A stretch of DNA of 63,214 nucleotides, filler included, from Rhabdomonas costata (GCA_019059605.1; 47 parts of 47 records of this genome joined end to end with filler, not necessarily neighbours in it); one strand, 5' to 3'; positions 26,511 through 39,500 are shown, counted from the whole stretch's first letter. A program made the numbers and translations. The notes: generated by a model not told the origin, from the letters alone.

Positions 26511-26846
26511 CATCTCCCTGCTCCCTTTTGGTGAGCGGCTTCTCCGGAAGTCAGTTCAGACTGAACGGGCTGTTCGACGTTGCGGACTACCTCTACCTGG
26601 ACCGGCCCTGCTACTTTCACTATGTGAATTACTATTGGTACTTTGTTACGCTGTGGTACGATCCCACGCCATCGGGTCTGGGGTGGACCTTTAGCTCGGG
26701 ACTGAACTCTAGGGATAACATTTACGCCTACAACCCCCAGAATGTGTCCACGCCCGACCTGCTCACCGAGCCGTGGTTTATTGTAAACCCGAACTCGGGA
26801 GGGTTTGTGTCGGACCCTGCACTGCGAACGCTATGCACAACCACCC
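26511..26846 (+). CDS. Exon of an aromatic-rich, probably extracellular beta module
   Basis: CAG acceptor, open to the contig end: VSGFSG...NGLF...RPCY...LWYD...GWTF...IYAY...PW...DP. Confidence 0.55.
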
Positions 26847-26978
26847 NNNNNNNNNNNNNNNNNNNNNNNNNNNNNNNNNNNNNNNNNNNNTTAATTAATT
26901 AANNNNNNNNNNNNNNNNNNNNNNNNNNNNNNNNNNNNNNNNNNNNGTGGGGTTGTTGTTTTCACCTTTTCTTTATAG

Positions 26979-28180
26979 GGTTGTACATCTCCAAGCAAAT
27001 TGTTGGGCTGATGGGGGGCAGCTTGCGGGTGCAGAGCGAGGGCCTTGGCAAAGGCTGCACGTTCCACTTCAGCCTGCCTCACCGTGCCCCTGCGCAGCCC
27101 TCGCCCATGATGGGTCCGGTGGCCACCTCCGGCTCCGGCTCCGGCTCCGGCTCCGCCGGGGCTTGTCCCGAGGAGGGAATGTGCTCCTCGGGGTTCCCCG
27201 TTGTGGTTGTGGTTGTAGTGGACAGCATATTGGAGCGTCGGGATGCGACCGCTGCGCTTCTTGGGCACATGGGGGTTTCGATTGAGGCAGTGAGCTGCCT
27301 TCAGGGCTTGCCTGGATTTTCACTGGGGGAGTGCCGTTCGCAGGTTGTGCTGACCCACTTGGAGGACCATGCGATGCCGTTGTCTGAGGTTGTTACGGCA
27401 GCGACGCAGATGCCGAGCGTTGTGGGGAGTGGGGGATTAAAGCGGAGGCTGATCCTTGTGACTCGGATGAAGAACACGCTGAACGGAAACCCGAGCGCAG
27501 GGTACGCGTGCATCTCGAAGCCTGTGTTGGTGATGAAGCTGCTGCGGGCGTTCTCTCAGCTGTTCAAGGATGGTGTGAGGGTTGAGTCTTGTTTTTTTTT
27601 CCATGTGAGCTTTTGTAATATGCATGGTGGTGTTTAGGTTTTGACTTTTTCCAGTGTTGCTATTGCGCTTGCGGATTTGAAAGTTTTTTCTTTTGAATGC
27701 TGTGTTCTGCGAAAGTTCAAGGGCATTACTTCTGGTGTTGCTGATTTTCATTTTATTTTGAATTCTTTTTAGGCAGCAGCACAGTTATTGTTTTGGTTCG
27801 TTTTTGGGGTCATGTTTTTTAAGCATTTCACACACTGCCGACCCAGCAAGAAATGCAAGAAGGTGTGGGCTTTTCAGTTCTTAAGTGGTTGCTTTGTTTT
27901 CAACAGAGCGGCAGCCTCCCGCACACCTTCTTTCCGGTGTGGGGTCGTTGTCGCCACACCTAGACGAGGTTGTGGCCACGATCCCCCCGGAGGCGTGGTT
28001 CTTGGTTGTGGACGACATTGCAGTGAACGCGCGGATGCTGACGCTGACGCTGGAGCAGCGTGGGCTGCGCAACGTGCGGACGGCGTTTAGCGGGGCGGAG
28101 GCGGTGGATGCGGTGCGGGGGGCCCCCTTCCCGTTCGACGTGATCTTCATGGACGTGAACATGCCGGAGATGAGCGGGAA
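26979..28180 (+). CDS. Hybrid histidine kinase: end of HATPase, pseudo-receiver, receiver
   Basis: Exon 26979-27572 has GLYISKQIVGLMGGSLRVQSEGLGKGCTFHF and a degenerate REC. Phase-1 GT-AG intron 27573-27906. The next exon has FLVVDDIAVN...FDVIFMDVNMPEMSG. Confidence 0.93.
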
Positions 28181-29989
28181 GGGGGCCCCCCCANNNNNNN
28201 NNNNNNNNNNNNNNNNNNNNNNNNNNNNNNNNNNNNNTTAATTAATTAANNNNNNNNNNNNNNNNNNNNNNNNNNNNNNNNNNNNNNNNNNNNGTGGTTG
28301 TGTTTCTTCCGGGTGCCGTTCACGGTGGTGATGGTGATGCTCATGGACCCGCCCTCCCCCGTGCTGCACGACAGCGTCGTGGCCGTGAGGGGTGGGTCCA
28401 TGAGCATCACCATCACCACCGTGAACGGCACCCGGAAGAAACACAACGAAAACGCAAAGAATGCTGAACAGCGGGTGAGGACACGTAACTCTCCCTCCCT
28501 ATGTCTCCAGAAATCACCCCCACTTCTGTCTCATAGGTTCTTGGTCTTGCAAGGGGTTCCTGGGCAATGCACGTGGCCAACTGCCGAGCCAGGGCAGCCG
28601 GCGCATTATATCCAAAAAGGCTCTTTCCCAACCCCGCCCATTTCCATTACTGGTGGGTGCAATACAACAGCCGCACGACAAGGTGTTTGTCGAGCACAGC
28701 GTGCTGAAGCAAAGGTTTCTGGTTGGAAAAAAGACTGCCTGCACGATGGATGCCTGGAGACTCTTCCCAACCCAACGACCAGGGGACGAATCCCCGGGAC
28801 CTTTTCCGGAACGATGAGGCAACTCCCAAGTAAAGGCTCCACCCAGGGCATGATTTGACATTATTGCCAGCTCAAAACACCTTGTTCACCTGGCGGGTGC
28901 CTGTCTCTGTGGGATTTTCATTCTTCAACGCAACCAGGCGTGGCGTTACCAGGTGTTGCCACCACCATTGCGCGCGACGTTGACTTTAGTTGTGTGCCTC
29001 TACATGCCTGTCAGTTTATATATACCGTTTATATACAGATACCGTTTATATAGACAGACAGGCATGGACTTGTTGATAGTGTACCAGTGACTGGCAATTT
29101 GGCGTTGGTTCCTCCACCCACGCAGAGTTTATACCGGATTGGTCAACCCAGTCCTTCTGACAAGCCCAGACGGCTGGAGTCTCGGTGCGTTCGTGTGATG
29201 AGTCTTCTGCCCGCACATGCTCTTCGCTCTTTGTTCTCAGCCTCCCAGAGTGGAAAGTTTCTTCAAATCGCCTAACCCGGAGAAGTCAGGATTTCTTCTG
29301 CTAGCGTCTTGGGCTACCCCTCTCCCCCGATGTTTGGGAGACACAACACTGTGGGAGAGTCTCTCTTGGACTCGGGGTTCCAGGTGAGGCGGGAAGCCCT
29401 ACCCCCCGCTAACCCATTGACTCAGGTCTGGATCGCCTCAACGAGAAGAGCAGCCGCACTGGAGGGTCTCCCTGCCAAGCGCCTGTCTTGAAGAGGAGGA
29501 TTTGTTGTGAAGTTGAGGTCGTATCCACTTCCACCAACACNNNNNNNNNNNNNNNNNNNNNNNNNNNNNNNNNNNNNNNNNNNNTTAATTAATTAANNNN
29601 NNNNNNNNNNNNNNNNNNNNNNNNNNNNNNNNNNNNNNNNTTTTTGTGTGTTATTCCGGAAAACGCCGTCATACCGTAAACCGGCGTTCTACCGTCGAAC
29701 GCCCCCACCCCCCAAATAGGCCGGACTCTGGGCTTGTGCGAAATGTCAGAGCAGCTTCCTCTGCTGTGTGTTTTCGCAAGTTCTGATGGGACATTTCCTC
29801 TCTTGTTTCCATGTGAGGCCCTTTCTGCGTCTTGTCTTGAGTGCCCTCTTCGGTGAGCAAAGGCCTCACGATGAGTTTTGATGATTCTAACTAGCTGGCT
29901 GGCTTGAGCACTTTCCGAACGTTGCTTTTGGATTACGGCTGCGGGTGGGTTAGGATTCCTGGGAGGAACTACCGAACTCGCCCGTGCAG

Positions 29990-30101
29990 CACGCGTTGTC
30001 TGTGATGCGCCCCCTGCTGCTCTCTGGGAACGTCGACGAGGCCGTTCTTGCGGGAGTAAAGGACATGGGCGCCCGTCTGCGGCTGCCTGTTGAGCCATGG
30101 G
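29990..30101 (+). CDS. Possible internal exon, unknown protein
   Basis: GC-rich segment bounded by CAG and GT: HALSVMRPLLLSGNVDEAVLAGVKDMGARLRLPVEPW. Confidence 0.3.
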
Positions 30102-31184
30102 GTCCCGTGCAGTGGCTGATTTTTGGGTGTGCTGTTCAGGTTGTTTTGGTGTGCTTTTGGGTGTGATGGAGCTTCGATTGTATTGTTTAGTTGGGTTGAT
30201 CAATATTTGCACATTGATCACCCTCCATTCGAGCGAAGCCGTGGTGACGAAGTGGTGTTCCATTTTGTTTTTTTTTTGGGGGGGGGGGAGGCGACCACTC
30301 CGTTTCCCGACAGTGGTTGGTACTGTGGATCACTGATCCCCGGACATATGAGAGAGTGAGGGTGCCAACACATGAGACCAGTCGCAGAAACAGGTGAAGT
30401 TGTACCTCCACGAGCCACGAGCATTAATGGTCTGGAATGGATTCACCAACCGAAATATTGTGGAACGTCCATGTCTGTATTGTATCCTGCCCCCCTCCCA
30501 CTTTCATCTATAAAATCACTAAAAGTATTAAATCACCGAAAGGAAAGTTCTAAGACGGAAAAGCTCAAAGGCAAAGGAAAGAAGTGAAAAATGCAGCGGT
30601 TTATATCGATGTTTTCTTCTATCTAGCCGAGACATTGGTTCGTGATGCACGGCTGGTCCTGGGCCGCAGCTGTGGTTTAGTCACAGCGCCACGGGGCATC
30701 GCGATGTACCCAGCACTTGTCCAGCATGCCATACTTCCCTGGAGGGGGTGCCAGATTTAAGTTACCTAAATATCGATGCGGACGATAGGACAATAAGACA
30801 GGAGACCTGTTCAATAGTTTTTGGTGGACCTCACCATGTTGGCAAAATACCTCTGTGGCCGCCTTGTTACCTCTCGTCAACACAAACNNNNNNNNNNNNN
30901 NNNNNNNNNNNNNNNNNNNNNNNNNNNNNNNTTAATTAATTAANNNNNNNNNNNNNNNNNNNNNNNNNNNNNNNNNNNNNNNNNNNNGGGGGTTTGGTAT
31001 GCGATTCTGCCCGCCCCTTGGGCTTTGACCAGAATGTCTCGGGCGGCGAAGCGCAGCGGAGCGGCCCAAGGTCCCCAGTGCGTTCGGGTATAAATGTCCT
31101 TCTTTTATGTCTAACGTACACACAGACGGAGCGGGAGTATCGAAGAACCGTGCTCGCTGCCCGTGGCTGCAGCTGCGGCAGCAG

Positions 31185-31781
31185 TATCATCATCCCAAGC
31201 ATCGGCAGCAGAACCGACAGAGACCAGCTCTTTCGACAAAGCAGAGTGTGGTTTCAGCAGGATGGTGCCCGGCCTCACACCGCGGCTTCCACCCTCACAC
31301 ACCTGCAAAAGGCATTTCCCGGAAAGGTGCTTTCCAAGGGGTGTTCGGTCGAGTGGCCACCGCGGTCCCCAGACTTATCCCTCCCGGATTTCTTCCTTTG
31401 GGGCCATATTAAGGCAGAGGTGTACCGTAGTAGTCGCAGCGCATCCGGGCAGCCAAACACGGCCTGTCGCAGGACACCGTGAAGGCTGCGGTGGACAACC
31501 TGGCGCTGCGTGCCAGGGCTTGCGTACGCCTACGCGGAGGTTACCTGGAGACCGTGCTACCACGTTAACTGGTGGGTACTGGGAGCTTTCGTAAACGTTC
31601 GGTTTCCTGCCATTTTTTCAATTCAATTGATTTTCTGAGCTAAGGGTATTTGGGCACCAGGACCCCGCAGGAAAAAATGGCAGCATGTGTATGAGTCACC
31701 CACACAATAACCTGGACCCGAGTACCAACAGCGAAGAATTTATTCAAAAAGTATATTTATCATTTTAAATGGGACACCCTG
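31185..31781 (+). mobile_element. Decayed Tc1/mariner DNA transposon, DD41D (rosa/Visitor) type, 3' part with putative right TIR
   Basis: VWFQQDGARPH...WPPRSPDLSLPDFFLWGHIKAEVY with 41 residues between D2 and D3. Frameshift near 31430, then ...AVDNLALRARACVRLRGGYLE to TAA at 31568. 31763-31781 is the reverse complement of CAGGGTGTCCCATTTAAAA. Confidence 0.88.
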
Positions 31782-32367
31782 AGTTGAACAATTTGCTCCG
31801 TTGACCCTGAGCAGAAATTTTCAAGACATATACGAAAGCACAAAAAACAGCGTTCCCCTCCAATGACTCAAAGGCCCCTGAAGAGGGTCAAAATCTGTGA
31901 GAATGTGGGGCAACGGGCGACGGTTCATGTGCACATGCTCGTGATGTCTTGCATGAAAACAGTACTACTGGCATGGGCGAAGGTACAGCAGGAAATAATC
32001 CCGGAAAAACCAAAGCGGAACCTCAGAAACGGAATGGAATAAAGAGACGTTGGCAACGCCGCAACCTGCGCGCCCGCAAGAGTCAGAAGCGCAGATTCCA
32101 ACAGAACGAGAAAAATGATGTGGGCTTTTGCGCGGCCGCCGACCCCTCCCCCCTTCCCTGCACAAAGCCCCTAATGGGTTCGCCACGTTTGCAGGACATC
32201 GAGGCCCCACAGAAAAGTGGAAACACAGAGACATNNNNNNNNNNNNNNNNNNNNNNNNNNNNNNNNNNNNNNNNNNNNTTAATTAATTAANNNNNNNNNN
32301 NNNNNNNNNNNNNNNNNNNNNNNNNNNNNNNNNNTTTTGGGTGGGAGTCTGTCTCAGTTCCTGTCTA

Positions 32368-33570
32368 TATGATGATGATGTTTGTCTATGCGGACTGGTG
32401 CTGATGATGTAGGTTTTGGTTGTGTGGTTGGAGCAGTGAGTTTTTGCGCTGCAAAGTCCTTCAAGTTCTCGTCAGTCCACAATGTGCACCCCTACTTGCC
32501 CTCCTCGCTTCATCCCTTGCCCAGTGGCACCCCAGTCTCAGCACTTCCAAGGCGCAAATACGTTCCTCTTATGCAGCAGTAACCTCCTCCTTTGCAATTA
32601 TTGCGTCCTTTCACATTGCTTCCTCCACCAGGCTGTACTACGCCAGCGTGTTGGACCTCTTTTTGCTATTGACATCTCCAAATCTCTCGGTAACACGGCT
32701 TCCTTTTCTCGTCGAGCAATACCTCCTTCATCTCTGCGCGCATACACTAGTTGGCACTTCCCACACTTTTTGGCGGCTCTTTGTGGGCAATCTTATTCCC
32801 TGAGACTCTTGGACCTGTAAGTCGAGTGGCACGCTGTCTCTGCAAGCGACCGCCTTGCACCCACACATCGGCGTTCCTGGTTCATCATCAAGTGGTTAGG
32901 CCATCAGTACTACTCCAGCATACTCATCTCCCATTTACGGCCTCGCGCTAGTCTCATATGTCTTCTTTTTTCGCATCTCGGAGGCTGCCTCCATTTCCTC
33001 GGACGCCTTCTACACTCCTCAGCTTCTCATCAACCCTGCCAAGCGACACGATCCCTTCTAATGGCGCATTTCCACCACCTTTATCACTCAATGACTCCTG
33101 TATCTCCACGGTTATTTCTACTCCAGATCACTTTGCCCTCTATTCCGCAACATGTATCCCGCCATCCGACATCGTCTTGCAGGTAGTCTCTACATTTGCG
33201 TGTTGTGTAGCTGGTGATCGGCCGAGGCCTCACGCTCTTACTTTGAAATCAAAAGCCCCTCCGCACCCTTCCACCAGAAGGTGCATTTCTACTGTCCCAA
33301 AGGGGCCGTCTTCACCATTTAACCTGCCAACTTGTGGTCCTCTACACTACTCTCTTTAGGACACGCGGCTGTAATCCATCCTTCATATGCCTCAGTTTTT
33401 CACAGTTTGACTGCGCCAACACTCCTGGTGCCTTCTAACCACACAAACAGTTCTTGCCGCGGTGCAGCTTGGACCCTTACACCCTCCTGCGCAGGCCGTC
33501 TTGCAGACACTTTCACTACTTTTGGAGCACTTCAGACTCCGACTCACCTAACAACCTTCTCTCCAGTACA
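32368..33570 (-). mobile_element. Possible degenerate retroelement 3' end
   Basis: Purine-rich, stop-riddled minus strand ending in (CAT)4; no RT motif recognised. Confidence 0.2.
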
Positions 33571-33749
33571 CCCCCCCACACNNNNNNNNNNNNNNNNNNN
33601 NNNNNNNNNNNNNNNNNNNNNNNNNTTAATTAATTAANNNNNNNNNNNNNNNNNNNNNNNNNNNNNNNNNNNNNNNNNNNNTGTGGTGGGTGTGGTTGGT
33701 GTTTTGTTTCGCTTTTGTTCCTCCGGGATCACTGCAACATAGCGTCCGA

Positions 33750-34477
33750 CTTGGCGGTGACCCGCGTCCCGTTGACCTGAGGGTTGTACGTTACCCGGAG
33801 GTTGTACAGCTGCCCAAAGGGCCCCGTGCTGGCCGCGTAGGAAATGGAACGTGCCTGCAAAAAATGCCCCCAGGCGACACCACAGCTCAAAAAAAAAAAC
33901 ACCCAAAACTCAGTTGTGGCAACGACTGGCCGACAACCAATGGCTTCCCTGAAATCCCCAATTCACAAGGACTACCATGTCAAGGAATCCTGTCTGCCCC
34001 ATCAAAAAAAGAGAAATCAATCGGGCAAAGTGGCTATCCCCACTATGCAACTCATCCATCGATGAGGAACATGGCATATGCGAAGGTGCCGCCCATGTGG
34101 TTGGTTCAAAAAGCAGTCCTGCTTCGAACTTTGAGTTGACCCGTCTTGTGAGTCCGGATTCCAGCCTTGGTCAACTTTCTCACAAACTGTGTTTGGTTCT
34201 TGGTGCCTTGACGCAAATACGCGTGAACAATGACGGAAGCGATGTTCCAAGTTAACTTCGAGAGGTGAGGTCCAGTTCACCCCAGAAAAAAAGGACCGAT
34301 CTCACCAATTTATAGCAGCACGGCATTCATCCTTACAGAAGGCGGCGCGACTCGTACACACCCCTCGCGAAACGGAGTACTTGATGAGGTCGTACAGGTA
34401 AATGCCGTACATCTTAAATGTGCACACACTGTCCCTGTAGGCATAGCTTCCCCAGAGGTTGGTCAGGTTGACGGCTC
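33750..34477 (-). CDS. 5'-nucleotidase C-terminal-domain-like protein, 2 exons
   Basis: Exons 34477-34362 (GAVNLTNLWGSYAYRDSVCTFKMYGIYLYDLIKYSV) and 33854-~33750 (GPFGQLYNLRVTYNPQVNGTRVT) join in phase 0. They fit 'GxITxxDL...PFxN...G..L...LE.SV...G.F.QVSGLRVTYD...G.RV'. Confidence 0.65.
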
Positions 34478-35107
34478 CTGTGAGCGTTTTGGGAAATTGA
34501 CGATGAACCCCAATTTTACACAAAAAACGGCCATTTGGAGTCGAAATGGTCAAAACCAAGCTCCAAAGACTGTTCTGGCCCCGAACAGGTTGTCGCGACC
34601 TGTTGATGTTATTCAACCTGGAACGCTCCGCGACCCCGATGTGGGGGTCCCGTTCGGTGGACTTCGGCACTGCTCTGACTTCCTCGGAATCCATAATCGC
34701 CCTTTTACCGGCTTTAGACGAGCTTTTTCCTGGTGGGACCTGCAGGCGCAATTGTGAATTGTCAACCCCTGTCGAGAAGGCCTGGACCAACCCTGTCGAG
34801 AAGGCCGTCAGTAAAGAAGGCCAATGACTGAAACCATAGAAGGCCTGCAACGACCGTGAGTAAAAAAAATCACTTCAATGGCAATGATAAACCAAAACAG
34901 AGACAGGGAAAAGGGCCCAACACACAANNNNNNNNNNNNNNNNNNNNNNNNNNNNNNNNNNNNNNNNNNNNTTAATTAATTAANNNNNNNNNNNNNNNNN
35001 NNNNNNNNNNNNNNNNNNNNNNNNNNNTGTGGGTTTGTTCCTGTTTGTACCGAAGGGAACTAACGAGGTCCTTTTTCTTGTGGGGCAACATTTGCTTTTC
35101 TTTCCAG

Positions 35108-35595
35108 GCCGAACGGGCCGACTGCTTCGTGCGGGGAGGTACAGCCAGCGCGTCGGAAAGGGCGCGGCCGTTTACCTGGCTGCCGTACTGGAGTATCTTT
35201 GCGCGGAGGTATTTTTGTTTCTGGTGGAAAATAAATAATACCGTGTTAAATTTGCAGTTTTTTTTGGATTAAAAACGGCAAAATATGAAGTCTCTTGAAA
35301 CTCTCGAAAATGTTGCATTTCTTCTTCAAAAGAAACTTTGAAATCATGATTGTGAGAGATTATATTTAAGATTTTGAAAATCTCGGTCCAAATATAGTTC
35401 GAAGAAAAATTGAATGACTGTGTTTTCATGATGAAAGTACCCTTCAGATCACACACACACACACACAAACCGGTGAACGGGCTGGGGCCTTTTGCCACTG
35501 CGTGGTTTGGTCCTTGCGCTTCTTTGTTCACAGCTTCTCGAGCTTTCGGGCAACGCTGCGCGGGACAATAAGAAGCGCCGCGTAACTCCCCGCTA
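35108..35595 (+). CDS. H2A: Histone H2A, internal exons
   Basis: Exons 35108-35208 ([31 protein letters not shown]) and 35534-~35595 ([20 protein letters not shown]) flank a GT-AG intron. Confidence 0.95.
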
Positions 35596-36481
35596 TGTCA
35601 CGGTTCTGCATCGTTTTCTGCATATGGTGGAAGTCGGGGAATTGCTGCCTAATACGGAACAGGAGAAACACCTGGATGTCCAGCAAGTAAAGAGAGGCTT
35701 GCATGGAGGCTATCCCCCTCCCCTGGGGGTGGATCGAAGGTTGGTTTCACACGCCACAGCATTGGCCTCACAACCCAAAGCGGTGGCGTTGGCTCCTGCA
35801 ACAGCAGCCACCTGCCTATTCCTTGCGGGGAGGTGTTTTAGTGCGTCGACCACACAGCTTCTCTGTGTGCTTTCAGTGCCCCTCAACTTATGTTTTTTCC
35901 TTCCATTCAAACGGCGGCTTTTGCTGTAGTCTCTCGATGAATGTTTACGCGATTTTTTTTGGATGAAAGTCACGGTAGCAACGCACATATTTTTCAGTGT
36001 CAGTCAAAAAGGCTACACAAAAAGTTAAATGGGCAAGGTTGGAAATAATCATTGAGAAGGCTTCTGCATCGCCGAAGGGAACCGCTGAAAGTACCCGACA
36101 GCTCAGATAGCCTAGCCCTCGTCACTCGAGGCTGTACTTCGATGAAATTAAAACGCCTCAACTATACAGATTACATCGCTCCAGGCACTTGTCTTCTCAG
36201 CACCTGGTGAGGGCGCAGATCTACTTCTCCCAGGATCCTGACTTCCTCCACAACCCCCACCAAACACACCCACANNNNNNNNNNNNNNNNNNNNNNNNNN
36301 NNNNNNNNNNNNNNNNNNTTAATTAATTAANNNNNNNNNNNNNNNNNNNNNNNNNNNNNNNNNNNNNNNNNNNNGTGGGTTGCTATGCATTATTGAAAAT
36401 AACAAGGGGGTATGTCACGGAAAAAAAAAGGAGAGAGGGATAGCACCACACCTCAAGGGCAGCCGCACCGAAGGTCTTCAC

Positions 36482-36539
36482 CTGCTCCGGGGCGCTGTAC
36501 TGTAAGTCGGGCTGGCCCAGGAACAGCACAGACACAAAC
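36482..36539 (-). CDS. Small exon, SCY1/SCYL2-like kinase motif
   Basis: CAG/GT-bounded 58-nt exon FVSVLFLGQPDLQYSAPEQ (QPxLxYxAPE motif). Confidence 0.35.
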
Positions 36540-39500
36540 CTGAGCAAGATTGCAGCAGCAGGAACAAATCTGCGGGTTCACAGACATAGCACATGCATGC
36601 GGACGAAGGCATACAAAAAAGCAGGGGTAAGAATGGGCGTGTGAAGGAGGCGCACGCCGGGATGCAGGAATGACTGTAACGAAGCGCGGGGTGGAAACCA
36701 GAAAGCAACACACGCACAGACACACCACGCATACAAATGCGGATAGATAAACCGGTCAGACGGGAAGTGTGTAAACTCTTTTCGCACGCCGGGCCATTTC
36801 TTTCACCTCGGTCTGACCACATCACCACTCATCGATGAGCACATGTGGGTTGAATTTGACCTGCACGCCAAAATCGAAAATGCCGGTGGTGGTGAAACCT
36901 TTTAACTCTCCGAAGATAAGCAAATTTTCCCCAGCAGAAGTGTGAGTTAAAGTTGTGAGCAACCAGTCAGCCAGCTTTCAGAATAGTCTGCAGAAACCAA
37001 AGTATGCACCTAGTCTGCACCTTGGTTGCGGATTGCAGGGTCTGGGGAGCCGGGTGGGATGGCATTTTGTGGGGTTGTGAGTGGACAGAGCAGCACATTA
37101 TGGGGGGGGGTCTAAGATGGCTTAAACGGAGGTGACCTTGGTGAAAGAGTGGGAGGGTCCGGGTGGGGCGTTTGAGGGGTTTGAGCCAGCATCAAACCGG
37201 GTAGAGGATGTTACGGAGTAACTGACTGTGATGAGTATCCATTTTCCCTCACTCCACGGCAATGGACTCCGCCCTCTATAGCACCACAGGAATGCTTTCT
37301 GAAGGGTCCCCTCCTTCCCAACAAAAGGCAGATCCTCTCACCACCGCAAAATACACAAGCACCGTGTGCAGAGTCAAATACAAAAACAAAAACAAATGCA
37401 AAAAACGAAAGGCACACTGCAGAAGTGCCCATAAAAGGGATCTGTTTCGAGCCACTGGACTGAGTGCAAAAGAAGCCGAAGAGGGAGAGAAGGACGCACA
37501 GGCACGTTCTCCCCGAATGCAAAAAAGCCAAACAAAAGAAAAAAGCAGGCAAAAAAGGAGCGTTGCGCACCCCAGCATAACGGCTCACGACAAGCCGGGT
37601 CGGGGGCCCGCCCACCCCACCNNNNNNNNNNNNNNNNNNNNNNNNNNNNNNNNNNNNNNNNNNNNTTAATTAATTAANNNNNNNNNNNNNNNNNNNNNNN
37701 NNNNNNNNNNNNNNNNNNNNNGGTGGGGGGGGACATAATAAATCGCAAAAAGTACAAAAGTTCCCACGGGATTCCGAAGAAAGATTTTGAAATGGGTTGG
37801 AGCACGGTGCAGATTTCCGGAACATGAGAATCATTGTCACTTCGAGGAGCTTGCTCCTGATGAAGCGCATATGCTTGCTTTTTCTTCTTCTTCTTTTCAT
37901 ACGACATTGTTCCTGGGGTGGTAAGTACCAGAATACATAATCTCAAATTTGGAATTACGGGTTTAAGAACATTGGCGGGGGGGCATCAAAATCCGCGCTG
38001 AAAACATGTCTTAGCTCGTTGAACCACCTTTTGGACGATGGGGTGAGGGGGGTAGTGACGGGGATGAGCGGACCCAAAGGGTCTGCGCCAGGTCACTTGG
38101 CTTAAAAGACTGCCCGTTGTGACCTTTAGAAGGATCCTTTAGAAGGATTCCTTTTTTGTAAAAATCCAAAAAGTCAACATTCTCTGATTTGAAAAAGTTG
38201 AGTCGAAATACCTAACTGAACTTTGAAGCTTTCAAAAACTTGATTTCGCTGGTGGTGTGTGAGTAGGCCAATTAGCCCGACCTAACAACACACATCGCCA
38301 CTCCAGTGATCAATGCCCAGGAGCCTCTCTGAGACACACAAATGGTGTCCCATGGCACTTCACGAGTCCTCAGGGCACAAGCAATTTTGAGCGTTGTCGT
38401 GGTGGACCGGACAGAAACATGACCGTAGCGCTCACCTTGTTCACTCATTCAAATCGCAAGGGTGCCCACCAACCGTCCCTTTTAGAAATAAATGCGGAGG
38501 AGCAAACCTCAGCAACCGTGTGCATTCACACAGGAGAAACTCCATTAGTGATAGCCCATAACCCCGTCTGTTATGCACAACACCCCACAGTGCCCCATCA
38601 CAATGATCACACAAAAAACACAGCATAGATGTCCTCACGCTGCCAATGACAGCGTGTTCGGATAACCCTCTGCCACCGCCAGCTCAGCCAGAGATGAAAA
38701 ACCTGAAAGAGCCGCTCTCATAGCAAAGTTTCCTTGCCAGCCTCCTCGGTGGCATGGCCCCACCATCGAGTTTTCAGCAGACGGCGGACCTGCTCAAATT
38801 GGGTCGAGGACTGCGGGGACCGGCTGCGGTGGGCAACCCTCTGAGAGTGGTAGCGCTGGCACAACTGCAGTGCAACTTCGGCGGGCATCTCATAGAGGCA
38901 TCCCAGGAGCAGAGAGATGATCGTCCCGGTGCGGCCGTGACCCCCCCAGCAGGGAAGAACCCCACAACNNNNNNNNNNNNNNNNNNNNNNNNNNNNNNNN
39001 NNNNNNNNNNNNTTAATTAATTAANNNNNNNNNNNNNNNNNNNNNNNNNNNNNNNNNNNNNNNNNNNNCCCTCGGGTTTTGTCCTTTTTGCAGGGTTGGG
39101 TGGGATACCGTTCGGAGCGTTTCCGCCCCTGGGGATTCTCTGGCCGCAAGCCGTATCCATTCTCTCTTCCCACTCTACTATGCGCTCTCGAGACTACCAC
39201 TCACACCATAAATCATCAGCTGGAATGTGCAAGCATCACGCTGTGATTAAGCTCCAAGCAGGGATCAAAACCCCACATCCAACACCAGTAATGCACCCAA
39301 AAAACGAAGAGCTTCTCGTCACATAGTGTGACGAGAATACCGCACACCTGCGCAGCACCACACGCAATCCATACCGCACGATTGCAATATTACAGATCAC
39401 ACACAAACACAAGTCCATATCCTTGCATCCACTTACCATTTCGACAACGACGACAAGGGAACGGATGCAGAAGTGGGGGGGGAGGCAGTGTTGCCTTATC

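Noticed and set aside
28297..28447. 54-bp perfect inverted repeat giving the same peptide on both strands
   Set aside because: It is contig-terminal with inner microhomology, i.e. a self-priming artefact and not a TIR or miRNA.
24775..31781. Apparent clustering of MVD, histidine kinase and transposase (or ART, helicase and WD40) as a system
   Set aside because: They lie on separate, arbitrarily concatenated contigs, so there is no linkage evidence.
36184..36254. CAG|CACCTG as the next H2A exon (TPR|HL)
   Set aside because: No compatible donor phase, and the following residues do not resemble H2A.
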